Source: Octopus vulgaris (Eukaryota). From it: DNA of 64,000 nt. The translations under genes were made by a program, and so were the position numbers. A model generated the notes under the pieces. The model saw only the letters and a program-made list of their open reading frames with translations, was not told the DNA's origin and did not search any database. Positions within the stretch are counted from its first letter, which is position 1, and each line of letters starts with the position of its first letter. Location of the stretch: positions 2,542,001-2,606,000 of the forward strand of contig OX597829.1 in assembly GCA_951406725.2 (NCBI GenBank). Direction: 5' to 3'. Shown here piece by piece: positions 28,232 through 42,680 of this stretch.

Positions 28232-29425
28232 ATGATGCTGGTGGTGGCTAGTTGTGGTGGGTGGTGTGGTGGTGGTTGTGGTGGTGGCTAGTTGTGGTGG
28301 TGGTGGTGGTGTGGTGGTGGTTGTGGTGGTGGCTCATCAGTTGTGGTTGGCTGCAGTCAGATTGATTGAGGAGGAATTGGACTGACGACCACGACGACGA
28401 CGGAAAGGCAATGATGATGATGAGGAGGAGGAGGAGGAGGAGAGAGGAGGAGGAAGAAGAGAGATGTTGGTGATATTGTAATAGTGAGAACGACTGTAAT
28501 GATCATCAGTGACACGTTTTAAACTGGGGCAGTTCCATTCGAAAGTACTGTGTGACCTCAACTGTATTGCGTATACTTGCGTGCATGTGTGCATGTGTGT
28601 GTGTGCACGCGTGTGTGTGTGTGTGTAAGTGTTAGTGCCTTTGTTGACAGTAGTTTGTGAGAGCGTTTCCGGATGTTGATGTCAGTCTGTCTGTCTGTAT
28701 GTATGTATGTATGTATGTATGTATGTACGTATGTATGTATGTATGTATGTATGTATGTATGTATGTATGTATGTATGTATGTATGTATGTGTGTGTGTAT
28801 GTATGTATGTATGTGTGTATGTATGTGTGTATGCATGTATGTACGTGTGTATGTATGTATGCATGTATGTATGTATGTATGTATGTATGTATGTATGTAT
28901 GTGTGTATGTATGTATGTATGTATGTGTGTGTGTATGTATGTATTGTATGTATGTATGTATGTATGTATGTATGTGTGTATGTATGTGTGTATGTATGTA
29001 TGTATGTATGTATGTATGTATGTATGTATTATGTATGTGTATGTATGTATGTATGTATGTATGTATGTATGTATGTATGTTGTATGTGTATGTATGTATG
29101 TATGTATGTATGTATGTATGTATGTATGTATGTATGTATGTATGTATGTATGTATGTATGTATGTAGTGTATGTATGTATGTATGTATGTATGTATGTAT
29201 GTATGTATGTATGTATGTATGTATGTATGTATGTATGTTGATGTCAGTCTGTCTGTCTGTATGTATGTATGTATGTATGTATGTATGTATGTATGTATGT
29301 ATGTATGTATGTATGTATGTATGTATGTATGTATGTGTGTGTGTGTATGTATGTATGTATGTATGTATGTATGTGTGTATGTATGTATGTATGTGTGTGT
29401 GTGTAAGTATGTGTGTGTGTGTGAA
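28175..29425. repeat. (CTG)n/(GGT)n low complexity and long (TATG)n microsatellite
   Basis: Direct reading. Confidence 0.92.
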
Positions 29426-29959
29426 TATCCTAAATAAATAAGGCCACACGACTGATTATCATGATGTTGCTCATGAACAATACTCAGTCCCCTCTCTGCC
29501 TTTTCTTCCATAAGCACAGAGATTACAGCTCTTCAGTACTGGGTCTACTCGTGCCATCTCCATCGAAGAACTCCTTAGTTGCTTCAATCTCTGGAGATTT
29601 ATGTCTTCAGTCCTAGGACTCACAGGGCCATTTACCCAGTTTCTATGGCGCATAGATGACCAAGATCACAACATCCCTACTGAACGGGATGCCATTCCTT
29701 CGCAAGGTTTCTAATTTATAGTTATTGAATAACAAGATGCATCACATGGCCTGGGAATCGAAACCACAATCTTGCAATCATGAGTGAAACATCATAACGA
29801 TTAGACCAAACGCCTTCACTTTACCTAATGCTTCGTATTAACCACTTTATCCTGCCTTTCTGCACCATAACAATTAGCTTTACCATACACATTTTTCCTG
29901 CAGGGGCCGAGATGTTACTGTTCACTATGCATTTACACGGAGCAATTGTAACAGTATAC

Positions 29960-30161
29960 CACAGAGGGGACAAACAAGGACGGACAAACGGATTAAGTCG
30001 ATTACATCGACCCCAGTCCGTAACTGGTACTTAATTTATCGACCCCGAAAGGATGAAAGGCAAAGTCGAACTCGGCGGCATTTGAACTCAGAACGTAACG
30101 GCAGACGAAATACGGCTACGCATTTCACCCGGTGCGCTAACGTTTCTGCCAGCTCACCGCC
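29960..30161 (-). mobile_element. SINE family S1 with ~20-bp TSD
   Basis: aattgtaacagtataccaca on both sides. Confidence 0.88.
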
Positions 30162-31396
30162 CTAAATTGTAACAGTATACCACAGCCAAAAAGCAAAGCA
30201 AAACAGAAAAATACTTGTGAATAGAATGAAATTATATGGAATTCCCCACAACAAAATAAATAATAAAGTATAGAAGTAATAGTCATGCCTCAAGACAAAG
30301 CTAAAATGAACAAATAAAATGCAAACAGATCACAAATAGGATAAACATAAATTTAACGGACGAAATATGTACCTGATAACATCGAGAAGTCTAACTATCA
30401 ACTATTCTGGTGGTTAAGTCTGCATAAACAAAAGCCAGCCACTATGAAAGAGGCAGTACAGAAGCCAGTATAACTTCATATCCTAATGATAAAACTGGGA
30501 TAGTCTGGAAAAATACAAAGTGAAAAAGCAACACCGAAATTGAACTGAAACACAATCATTTTAGCGTAATACATATGAACACACACACACACATACACAC
30601 CCCTACGTCCACTGAGTTCTACAAGCATATTCTCTGTCTGTCTATCTGTCTATCTGTCTGTTTGTCTATATCTCTCGCCTATTCTGTTTGCCTGCCACTG
30701 CTAATATTCATGCAATTTAAATTTTAATCATACTAAACATATGCATAATATACACGCACACATATATGGACTGGTTTTATTCGTTCTAGCATTCACTGTG
30801 AGGAAGGCTACTACTGCTGATCCGCTGGACGGGGAAATCCTGTGATAGTCGTGTTGCCAACACGTAGGGGCATCGCTGGAAGTTGAACGGCAGTTTAAGG
30901 CGATCTAATCAACAGATCCAATTTAATTTGCATATGCTAACAGAGGGACTGTCGCTAATAGATAATTTATTCGTAGCCCACCGGATATGCCCGACGTTAC
31001 TGTTTGGCCATTTGTATACTATATCGGCTCGACTGATTTTCGTTATGGCATTCGGTGTGAGGCAGGCTGCGGCTGATGAAACGCAGAACAATGAAATTGT
31101 GTGATGCGATAGAACAATCCACTGGTGCAGACAATCATTTCGTCATCCGATATAATCAACGCTTAATGAGCACGTGTTGTCAAAATGAGTTATTAACGTC
31201 TCTGGACGTTACTAACTCATGTTATTAGTAATATTAAACTATTATTAATGTCTCTGGACGTTAATAATAGTTTAAGGTGACCTAAACAACATTTCCATTT
31301 GAAGTTAAATATCGTAATGATATATAATATGTGTGTGTGTGCGTGTGCGTGTGCGTGTGTATTACGTATACACACACATGTTATAAGTATTATATA

Positions 31397-31960
31397 CAGG
31401 GTGTTAAGGATAAATTTGACAGTTTTCATAAAAGGAAACGAAAACACACCTTTCACATCCCAAAAATAAAAGTATTTTTTTTTAAATCAAAAATATCAAC
31501 TAGATTATGGCTGAGAAAAGCCGACGCCAGATTCCACCGTGGCTTCAAGACTGATTCGGAATCTGGTGTATATGCTCCGCATTGTGTCCCTGGGAACACC
31601 TCCTTGTTCTTCCCCACCAGCTTGGCCTTGGTGTTGCAGGTAGAATAGTTGGTGTCTTACTCAACCGCACCCCTCACACAGTAATCCATGGAATCTCAAC
31701 CGGAAAATTTGGAGGCCAGAAATTGGAACTGGTGAAATAGTGGAAATTCTTCGACAACCACTTCTGACTATTTCTGGGGGTATGGAAACGAGTTGAATCC
31801 TGCTGTCATACATATGGCCATCCAGTGGCAACCCTCGCAAACCAGGGTTTGAACACAGTTTCCTGCAGTGTCATATGGAGCGGCCTGCCGTTACCTTCAC
31901 TGGAAGCACACCCAAAGACCATCACAGTTTAAGTGAACTTGGTTTTCATGGTGTCCATGT
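31397..31960 (-). mobile_element. Tc1/mariner-superfamily remnant
   Basis: TA|CAGGGTG terminus; rev-comp WPPNFP...MDYC resembles the WPPNSPDLNPLDY motif. Confidence 0.6.
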
Positions 31961-32099
31961 CATCTTACAGCCTTTACAGTGCTCACAGAGCATCGAGTAG
32001 CTGTCATGGCGGCAACATCTTGATATCCGCCATGATTCATCATGATTCATCATGATACTGATAACTCTTTTCCAATATTTAGATAGCTTTCATCTGAGA

Positions 32100-32127
32100 T
32101 AGAAAGAAAGAAAGATCGATCGATCGA

Positions 32128-32199
<72 letters not shown>

Positions 32200-32214
32200 C
32201 AGACAGACAGACAG

Positions 32215-32247
<33 letters not shown>

Positions 32248-32267
32248 CAGACAGACATATAGATAGA

Positions 32268-32303
<36 letters not shown>

Positions 32304-32319
32304 TATATAGATAGATTGG

Positions 32320-32407
<88 letters not shown>

Positions 32408-32440
32408 GGGATAGATAGATAGATAGATAGATAGGTATAC
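32100..32440. repeat. (GATA)n/(GACA)n microsatellite
   Basis: Direct reading. Confidence 0.95.
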
Positions 32441-32584
32441 ATATATATCCGCTTTTGGTCCAGGCAGTTTCTTGCTACTCTTACTTTTGCCTATGGTCTT
32501 TTGCAGGGTCTCTAGGCAAGTTATGGATTTCTCTCTCTTTCTCTTTCTCCCTCCTCTCTCTGTATGCACACACACACACGTATG

Positions 32585-32647
<63 letters not shown>

Positions 32648-32651
<4 letters not shown>

Positions 32652-32828
32652 AGAGTTTACGAAAAAACAAAAGACGAAGACAGGTGGTGTACAAAACAAA
32701 CAGATGTATTAGTATAACGCTCAGGAATAGAAAGGTCTTTTACGTTTTGAGCCTACGCTTTTCTACAGAAAGGGACACAGAAAAAACAAGGAGAGAAAAA
32801 AATGTGTGTAGTGGCTAACGATCTATCA
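32648..32828 (-). mobile_element. Short repeat family H4 in (TA)n
   Basis: Homologous to 14207-14403. Confidence 0.65.
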
Positions 32829-32904
32829 TATATATATATATATATAGACGTATTTGTTTATTGACAAATATGGGTATGTCAAATACTATAGAAACTAAAG
32901 TTTT

Positions 32905-33112
32905 TTACGGAGATGTACTTGTATAGCAAGTGACCTGATCTGAGATCGTGTGCTGGAACAAAAACAATTGCAGCGTGGAAGGTGTTTATAAGCTATTTAA
33001 GAAACACACAAAAACCGTTAGATTCACTTCAACATTTAAATTTAATTTGCGAAAATATTTTCGTCGCTTTGAGACCGCAACCTGTTCACTGACAAAATTC
33101 CGAGCTGCATCT
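32905..33112 (-). mobile_element. Short repeat family H2 with G3-C8 hammerhead-like core
   Basis: Rev-comp 33046-33096: tttgtca-GTGAACA-g-gttgc-loop-gcgac-GAAA-atat-tt-tcgcaaa. Confidence 0.7.
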
Positions 33113-33589
33113 AATTTTTTGACTTCTAAAAAGTATCTGCATAGAAGATGTGACATAATTACCAAATGGCAATCAAAACCAACAGTAATTGGGTAAGGTA
33201 TATAGTATTATGAATCAGGTATTCTCTAAAACAGACATGCCACTTAAGAAAAGGACTGGTTGATTGTCTGGAGATATAAAAGAAGAAAAGTGGACACTTG
33301 TTTCTGGCTTTGTAGCCTATATCAGTACGACAGCTGTCCAACCTTACTTCCAATAGACATAGGACTCGAACATTAAGAGTAGAACACGGTTGCATAATTT
33401 AGACAAAAGTAAGCTAAGGGAAATAACTCAGGGCAGCCAGTGGGCACATAGGCAAATACAACTACATCAAATGCCAAACATATCTTTTTTTTTTATGAAT
33501 ATTATCTTGGCCTTTAGACGATAAGTATGTATGTCTCTGTGTCTCTGTCTGCGTGTCTGTATACATCTATGCATGATATATATTTGTAG

Positions 33590-33725
33590 TGTGTGTGTGT
33601 GTATGCATGTATGTATGTATGTATGTATGTATGTATGTATGTATGTATGTATGTATGTATGTATGCATGTATGTATGTATGTATGTATGTATGTATGTAC
33701 GTACGTATGTATGTATGTATGTATG

Positions 33726-33759
<34 letters not shown>

Positions 33760-34250
33760 TGTACGTATGTATGTATGTATGTATGTATGTATATATGTAT
33801 GTATGTATGTATATATATGTATGTTTGTATGTATGTATGTATGTATGTATGTATATATGTATGCATGTATGTATGTATGTACGTACGTACGTACGTACGT
33901 ATGTATGTATGTATGTATGTATGTATGTATGTATGTATGAGTATGCGGGTATATCTATGTTTGAATGTGTTTGAATACGTATGGATGAATATGTATACCT
34001 ATGTATGTGTGTGCGTTTGTGCGTGCGTGTTTGTGCGTGTTTGTACTTTTATGCATATACATATATGTGTATGTATGTATTATGTAGGTAGGTAGGTAGA
34101 TAGATAGATTGGTATGCAGATAGATAGATAGATAGTTAGGTAGGTAGGTAGGTAGGTAGGTAGGTAGGTAGGTAGTAGGTAGGTAGGTAGATAGAAAGAT
34201 AGATAGATAGATTGATCAATCGATCGATAGATAGACAGATAGATAGATAG
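33590..34250. repeat. (TATG)n, (TAGG)n, (GATA)n microsatellites
   Basis: Direct reading. Confidence 0.93.
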
Positions 34251-34726
34251 ATCTGTATTTTCCTATATGCGAACAGAAAACCAAAGTATAGTCATTTTGT
34301 TTAGCTTTCCATAGTGTAGGCGGTGGTATGGGTTGCTGTCAACTAAATAAAAATTCAACTTACACCCACCCACCCAGACACACTCACATACGCACATAAC
34401 TTTTAACCCTTATGGATACGCGCACGCGCATTTATATATACAGCATACACTCTCAGACAAAAAATTATGCACGCCCGAGTATATCATTACAACGCACACG
34501 AATAAGCACGCACCCGACGCACGTGCGCGCATAGACGACATATCGGGTGTGGCGTCGAGAATTCAGTATTTATTATTTAATCCATTTGCTAACGATAGTA
34601 GGGAGGAGGAGGAGGAGGAGGAGGAGGTATCATTGGAGGTCTCGTTTGTCATGACCGGAATTCGTCAAGCAGCTACGTATACCCGAGTAGATCTACTTGA
34701 TCATATTTGAAGAACAATAAACAAAA

Positions 34727-34791
<65 letters not shown>

Positions 34792-35175
34792 AATTTCGTG
34801 TTGCCAAATTTTTCGCTATGCTCAAGTTACGCATCGCCAAGGTTTCGTATTGCCTAAGTTTTGCGTTCTAGTACTTCGCGTTAGCTGAAGTTCTTGTTCT
34901 TTTTTTGTTCTTTTCTCTTTTTCTCTCGGTTTTTAGTTGTACCATATTCAACAAAGGGAATGTTTTTGACAACAAAGCAAATGAAATCTTCCAACCGTCT
35001 CAAAAACAAAACAAAAAAATAAATAAAAGGAAAAGAAAAAGTAAAGAGCAAGTTTATTGAAATACGTAGCTAAGTGCAAGCAAATATATGTAATGTATTG
35101 AACCAGAAATAATCTTTGACCGATATGAGAATAAGAATGAAAACGAAAATGTGCCAGCATTAACGGTAATTCTTA

Positions 35176-35405
35176 AGGCGGCGAGCTGGCCGAAACGTTA
35201 GCACGCCGGGCGAAATGCTTAGCGGTATTTCGTCTGCCGCTACGTTCTGAGTTGAAATTCCGCCGAGGTCGACTTTGCCTTTCATCCTTTCGGGGTCGAT
35301 AAATTAAGTACCAGTTACGCACTGGGGTCAATGTAATCGACTTAATCCCTTCGTCTGTCCTTGTTTGTCCCCTCTATGTTTAGCCCCTTGTGGGTAGTAA
35401 AGAAA
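35176..35405 (+). mobile_element. Full-length SINE family S1 with TSD
   Basis: ggcgagctggccgaaacgttagc (box A), gagttgaaattcc (box B), core gcctttcatcctttcggggtcgataaattaagtaccag; ggtaattcttaa on both sides. Confidence 0.9.
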
Positions 35406-36035
35406 TTGGTAATTCTTAACAACGACTGCAAAAGAGACAACTTTGAGGTTTAAGTCGATTGGAAATTCAGTCTTAACATGTGGTGGGTGAGTAGATGGTG
35501 ATTGGGTCTAATATTTGTTAAGTACAGAGAACGTCAGATATATTTCAATCTCTTCAATGTAATGAAATGTCTAATCACTGACATGATTTTCTCAGAATAA
35601 TCGTTTTAAGATTCCACCAAGCGTACCAAGGGTGTCACCCTTAGTAACGCACGCACCAATACAAAACGTACGCATTTCAAGTAAATATGACACGGCATAA
35701 ATGTGGTTATAAAATACTTTGTCTTCTATTTAAGATTAGAAGATTACGCCCATCTTCGTATTTAAGGTTTTTAAACTTTTAAAAATAAACCAGTTGCTGA
35801 TAATGCAAAAGACGCAACTAAGTTACCGACTCATTGTGGCGAAACGAAGCATTCATTCTAGACATTTTTACATAAAAAAGAAAAAAGAAAATCTCGTACT
35901 AACGCTAATAATTTTGATGACAAGCCTAATGGTTCTCAGAACAGCAGCGGTTTCATCGCTAACGTAAACCACATAGCTCTATCCTGACATGAAACTTAAA
36001 CAGTGTGCTACAGGTGTAACAAATAAGATACTATT

Positions 36036-36083
<48 letters not shown>

Positions 36084-36087
36084 CATC

Positions 36088-36270
36088 GTGTCTGGGGAGA
36101 GTCGTTCTCTTTTAGTGCCTTATTAATTTAGCAGTCACCAATTTCCACTCATTTACTTATTTCTTTATTTATCGGTGAGTGTGTTAAATTAATAAGGCAC
36201 TAAAAGAGAATGACTCTTCCCAGAGACAGTAAGATATGCTCCAATACACAAATTCACATAAAGAATCTTG
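36088..36270. mobile_element. Family H3-related fold-back repeat
   Basis: 36090-36140 inverted at 36174-36228; similar to 39915-40095. Confidence 0.65.
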
Positions 36271-36849
36271 CAAATCAAATGCAAAAACTATATATATATA
36301 TATATCGGAGACCAAAGTGTATGTACGCTGCCATATGTATATAAAAAGGAACACAAAAAAAGGGACAAGTACTCAAGACATCCAGACTGAGGATATAAAA
36401 GCGGGGACAAGAAAAAACACGGACGGGTCATTCAAAGTTTTCTTTCCTCAGTCGAGTTCCAGATTATCTTTGCAATTTCGGCTGGTTATACTCGAGATTG
36501 CTCCAATCTGGCCTGCTCCAAGGAAAAACTAAGCTAAGAGCATTAGATTCCTTGGAAGAGAGCAGCGAATGTATACGAAAACAAGGACAGAAAAAAAAGA
36601 GAAATGGTACACAGATAAAAATGCAAAAAACAGGATATAACAACAGGTGTCTTTCGATTAAGGACGAATGACAAGTTTCCACCCAGTTTCTGAGTTTCTG
36701 ACTACAAATTTCACACCAAAATCATCAGTCTGCTCGACGCAGTATTAGAAAGCAGTTGCCCAACATACATTGATGTTGCAACTGTGACATAATGCACCTA
36801 GGTCTACATTATTTAATGTATAGTAGCTTGTATTTGTAGCTATAGCTGT

Positions 36850-38222
36850 TGCTTTTGTTTAGCCCCAGGTCATCCTTGGTCCAGACAGACTTATGAACAA
36901 GCATGTTCTAGACATAACCATTTTATCTTTTATTCAGACGCAGTATATCTAGGACTACAATATCTATTGTTTAGTACTTTGCTAGTAACTTCAGCTGATT
37001 CTGTTGTTGCTGTTATTGTTATAGCTGTTGCTTATGCCCAGGTCAATCCTGAGTCAATAGTCGAAAGTATAGTATGGTAGTTAGTATTAATGGTTATAGC
37101 TATTTCTCTACTACCCACGAGGGGCTAAACACAGAGGGGACAAACAAATGGATTAAGTCGATTGCATCGACTCCAGTGCATAACTGGTACTTAATTTATC
37201 GACCCCGAAAGGATGAAAGGCAAAGTCGACCTCGGCGGAATTTGAACTCAGAACGTAATGCCAGACGAAATACGGCTACGCATTTCGTCCGGCGTGCTAA
37301 CGTTTCGGCCAGCTTGCCGCCTAATGGTTATAGCTGTTGTTGTCTTTTAGTCTCTGGTCAATCCTGATTCAACAGTCCTATGATCAGAGATGTTTCAGCT
37401 ACGACAATCCCATTTTCTTTTTCAGACATAAAGAGTGTGGGCATGGCTTAGTGGTTGCGGTGCTGCACTCATGATCGTAGAACTGTGGTTTCGATTCTTG
37501 GATCAAGCAATGCGTTGTGTTCTTGAGCAAAATGCTTCATTTCGCGTTGCTCCAAGTCCACTCGCTTGCTTGCTTACTCGCTTGCTTGCTTACTCGCTTG
37601 CTTGGTTACTCGCTTGCTTGCTTGATATAGCTGGTATAATTGCAGGCTGTTGGTCCCACTAGTGCTCTCCATCGCAGACAGTTCCGTGCCAGCCCCTCTA
37701 CATCCCCCAAGGTGACGTCAAGCCTCAAGAGATCTTCCCAAAATCACATCCTGCCGTATGGTGCAGGGCATGCCATGAAACATCTTCCACTCAGTCAGTT
37801 GGCAAAAATGAGAAAGTCCTGCGATGGACCGGCGTCCTGTCCAGTGGGTAATATATACGCCACAGAAACTGGAAAACCGGTCTTATTTGTTTATATGGCG
37901 TCGATATAATCGATTTAATTCATTTGTTTGTCCCCTCTGTGTTTAGCCCCTCGTGGGTAGTAGAGAAATAGCTATAACCATTAATACTAACTACCATACG
38001 ATACTTTCGACTATTGACTCAGGATTGACCTGGGCATAAGCAACAGCAATAACAATAACAGCAACAACAGAATCAGCTGAAGTTACTAGCAAAGTACTAA
38101 ACAATAGATATTGTAGTCCTAGATATACTGCGTCTGAATAAAAGATAAAAAGGTTATGTCTAGAACATGCTTGTTCATAAGTCTGTCTGGACCAAGGATG
38201 ACCTGGGGCTAAACAAAAAGCA
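36850..38222. repeat. ~320-bp near-perfect inverted duplication enclosing SINEs
   Basis: 36850-37172 equals the reverse complement of 37900-38222; encloses an S1 copy (37100-37322, TSD taatggttatagct) and an older tRNA-SINE (37435-37875). Confidence 0.9.
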
Positions 38223-39159
38223 TTATATATATATCTTTTTTGTTAGACATACCTCATCGAAAACATTCAATGTTCCTTTTTAAAAATTAATAGCTTCGTC
38301 CCATGCTTCTCAAACTGTTTATTTTAAATGTCCCCTTTTTCTTTTATAGACATTCTTTCAATGCCACTCCTTTATTATAATTCAACAACATCAGAAAGTA
38401 TTAAAACACCAGAAAAATAATTGCTGCCAACGTGTTTAATCGACTTGACCGACGAACCGCTCCTCTATACGAAGCATTGGCTTTGTCGCTTAGTTAGAAA
38501 TTTCCATTATTTGGCAGTTCAGGTCAAGTAGTTACTTAGAAGCAAGTTTTTCAGTTCTGATTTAAAAAGATAGGGAACTCTAAGGGAGTATGCGGGAAGG
38601 TGATTTGATTGTTAAACTTTACAGATTAAGCAACTACTTAGAACTACTTATATAATTAAGACACAAATTATACTAATTGTTCGAAGTACTAAGGCTGTAA
38701 AAAAAGTTTCAGTTACAATATATATCATGTAAAATAATGGCAGTTAAGAGCGAGTCCAGATTTATGATGTTAAACTGATGAGGAATAGATATCTCTTTTA
38801 CTGATATTTTTCTTTCTTATTTTGGTATAATTGATATATCTAGAGAGATAACGTCACTTGATTCTCACAGCTGTCCAGCAAAGGCATTTTTGCTTTTCAA
38901 GGATCTCTACAAATCTTAACACACATTTCTTAGAACAATTGTTTCGCTCTCAGCCACAATATAATAACGAAAAGGTCACGAAAATTAAATTACATACATT
39001 TCAAATTTGTGAAAAACAAAAATATAAAATATTCATTGATATGTATTAAATAATAAGCAATACAGACCACAGCACAACATTTATTTTAAATAAGGATAAT
39101 AAAAATATACAGGAATATTTCCTCAACAAAAGTACCAAATGTTTATGGTATTTTTTTTA

Positions 39160-39393
39160 AAAGCGGCAAGCTAGCAGAGTCATTAGCACGCCGGACGAAA
39201 TGCTTAGCGGTATTTCGTCTGCTGCTACGTTCTGAGTTCAAATTCCGCCGAGGTCGACTTTACCTTTTATCCTTTTGGAGTCGATTAAATAAGTACCAGT
39301 TACGCACTGGGGTAGATATAATCGACTTAGTCCGTTTGTCTGTCCTTATTTGTCCCCTTTGTGTTTAGCCCCTTCTGGGTAGTAAAGAAATAG
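39160..39393 (+). mobile_element. SINE family S1
   Basis: Matches S1 consensus. Confidence 0.87.
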
Positions 39394-39851
39394 GTATTTT
39401 TTTTTATCAAATTGTTTCATATTGAAATACCTTATGGAATTATTACGTCGCGATTACTCACCGTCTTTCGGGTTCTAAATCGCGAAACGTACTATCCAGT
39501 TTATTTTCATGCTTGTCGATATCTGTGAGACAAATGGATGAGAAAATGTGTTTCGCGTTACGAAGGTCTACCTTACGGCGAGATTGTCAGGAGCGCAACA
39601 CTTTCGTAATACAGGGGTGCCTTTGTTGAAAAAGGGGTCGGAGAGGCATTTTCGATTTGCCAAATTGGGTCGTAATAGGAATTACTGACATAAAAGCTCC
39701 CCAACTAGCGATTCAGATGGTCTTTTTCTAGGGAAGCTTATAGAAAATAATCTCATTGTTACAATAAATGTGGTCCCTTTATTTTATCTTTTTATTCGTT
39801 CAAAGCATTTCCATAGCTTTGTCATAAACGTTCATGTTTATTTTCAGACTT

Positions 39852-40096
39852 CTATATTTCGTTTTTGGTTTGCAAGATTCTTTATATGAGTTCGTGTGTT
39901 GAAGCATATCCTATTGTGTCTAGGAAGAGTCATTTTCTTTTTGTGTCTTATTATGTGACACACTCAAAACTATTGAAAAGGTTGCAAGACGCAACGAAAA
40001 TTTTAAGACAATAAAAATAAGAAAAACGTGGAAATTTTACCAGTGAGTGTGTTACATAATAAGGCACAAAAAGAAAATGACTCTCCCCAGACACAA
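39852..40096. mobile_element. Family H3 element, inverted arrangement, U3-A8 hammerhead-like motif, 9-bp TSD
   Basis: ttcagactt at 39843-39851 and 40097-40105; 39915-39966 inverted at 40043-40095; cta-TTGAAAA-g-gttgc-aagac-gcaac-GAAA-attt-taag at 39970-40007. Confidence 0.65.
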
Positions 40097-41199
40097 TTCA
40101 GACTTTTAGTTTGCCCCTATTTCAAACGTTCTGAGTAATATAAAGCTTTCCTTCCACAAGTCCCAATTTACTCTGGTGGTTGAAAAGAAATCGGAATGTT
40201 TTTATCACATGAAGGGAAAATATGTAAGACAGGCACAGAGATAAAGACGATTTAAAGGAGTTTACAGGTGACATTTGCTGAATATTTATGACACTGAACG
40301 TATCAAACTATAACTTCTTGGATTTGTGCGATTTTAAAAGCAACAAAAGGCTGGTATTTTGTCAAGGAAAAGTAGATTTAGATCTTTTCATTACAAAGGT
40401 TAACGAATTGTATTGTATCTCCTTCGTTGACTTATTTTGCCCTCATTTTAACAACAGTAACGTTCTTGGCAGGGGAAGATTTTGTTACATCGTTAAAGGG
40501 ATCAAGTAACAGCATAAAAGTTCCATTGGTAATCCGTGTTGTTGTTTTTGTTGTTTATCTCAGGTAGACCCAGATTGAGCAAACCTATCACCAAAACCAG
40601 CTGTAAATATCCGTTCTTTCTGTACATTTATGAATGTTAGGTATCGTATCCATACCAAAGGCGTTACAACTACGACCATTCTTCTCAGATTTCGATCACA
40701 ACCTACCAAGAACAGTGTGTCTTCAAGAAAGAGCAAATTGTGGTTTTTGAAAGATTTGGTTGCTATTTCTAGCTGACCGATTGTCTATATAACAGCTTCC
40801 TTGTCGCCTCCATCATCATTTATCGCCTGACCGCCATATCCTGCCCCGGTTACAGCTAGTTCAGGCTCTTATTGATTTTCTTCTTGAAGGGATGAGTTCC
40901 AGTGGTCAGGCAGTTTATTATCTTAATGTGGTTGATTGATACTGTTCATAATAATTTCAGTAACATGAAATACTATTTTATACAATGAAATTAAATCTAA
41001 GGTTAAAAAGATTACTTCTAGTAAGTTAATTATCATAAAAGTCAGAGCGGTACCATCTGCTTTTGCCATTTTCGGAACTTTCACCCACCTTTCAATACAT
41101 TCACTCAAGGATAACACCTCTCTTTCTACTAGAGTTCTACCAAAGGTTAATGTCTCTGTCCTTATTCCTCTCTGCTACAAGACAACTTCTTTCGCCTCA

Positions 41200-41470
41200 G
41201 TCACCAGGCAAAAGAAAATTGCCTTGCCTGCTTGATTAAAGGAGGGCGGTGGGCAATCATCACAATGGACTCGGCTCTGAGGTGACTGGTATTCCCACAC
41301 ACGAAACATTTGGGTTTTCTTCCCTCTATAATCACCAGCATCTGCTCGCATTGCCCGAAACAGTAAAAAAAAATCGGGAATTCCACAAGAATTGTGGTTT
41401 TACACCTTCAATTTTGCATTGACGAGCTTTACTTTTCAGAGTCTTCATCGAATACACTGTCCACTGGCAT
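41200..41470 (-). pseudogene. Zinc-knuckle (gag/ORF1-like) LINE remnant
   Basis: LVIIEGRKPKCFVCGNTSHLRAE resembles a CX2CX4H knuckle of L1/Tx1 ORF1. Confidence 0.45.
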
Positions 41471-41804
41471 AAAATAAAGAGATGTTGCCGTGGTCTATGT
41501 ATGTATGTATGTAGGTATATATATACGTGCATGTGTGTGTGCATGAGCGCGTGCGCGTGTGTGCGTGTCTGTATGTGTGTGTGTGTGTGTATGTGAGTCT
41601 TTGTACCTATGTTTGCCTTCCCACCATCGTTCAACAATGGTGTTGGTTTGTTTATGTCCCCGTAACTCAGTGGTTTGTCAAAAGAGAACGATGCAATAAG
41701 TACTAGGCTTTAAAAGTGTACTGGAGTCGATTCGCTCGAATGGAAACTTTTGAAGGTGGTGCCCCAGCGTGGTCGCAGCCAAATGACTGAAACACTAAGA
41801 AATT

Positions 41805-41868
41805 ATATAATAATAATAATGATAATAATAATAATAACATAATAATTAATGATAATAATAATAATAAC

Positions 41869-41927
<59 letters not shown>

Positions 41928-41934
41928 CAACAAC

Positions 41935-41987
<53 letters not shown>

Positions 41988-42010
41988 TAATAATAATGAT
42001 AATAATAATG

Positions 42011-42081
<71 letters not shown>

Positions 42082-42130
42082 TTGATGGAGGAGGAGGAGG
42101 AGGAAGAGGAAGAGGAAGAGGAGGACAGCA
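41805..42130. repeat. (TAA)n and (GGA)n microsatellites
   Basis: Direct reading. Confidence 0.95.
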
Positions 42131-42435
42131 GCAACAAGGGCAGAAAAGTATCCGTTTTGTTTGCGCCACGCCTGATAATGTGATCGTGAGAATTGAATGA
42201 AATAAGAAACCTTCAATACTTGTTACGTGTTTGTGTATATATATATATACACGTATATGTATATGCTTATGAGCATACAGAAATACAAGTATGTATGCAC
42301 AGTTACTAGTAATATGATAATAATTTTTTTTCTTTTAATGCTAAGCAATTCAAAATTTAAACTAAACATATATTAACAAAATTGTAGCAGTAACACAAGG
42401 TTATTCAGATTACTTACGAAAGTATTTGGTCTAAC

Positions 42436-42469
<34 letters not shown>

Positions 42470-42680
42470 TGCAACTTCATCAGTTGGTCTAAGGTTTAGG
42501 GCTTCATACCAAGACACACAATACTACAACATCAGTAGAAGAAAATAAACTTCAGCAATATATTTACAAGAATTAAGATACAGAACAGATTATATATTAT
42601 ATTATATTATATTATATTATATTATATTATATTATATTATATTATATTATATTATATTATATTATATTACATACAAGGAT

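Noticed and set aside
36420-36460. CTGAGGA-aag-aaaa-ctt-tgaa on the minus strand as a hammerhead
   Set aside because: GAAA and stems are incomplete and there is only one copy; too weak to call.
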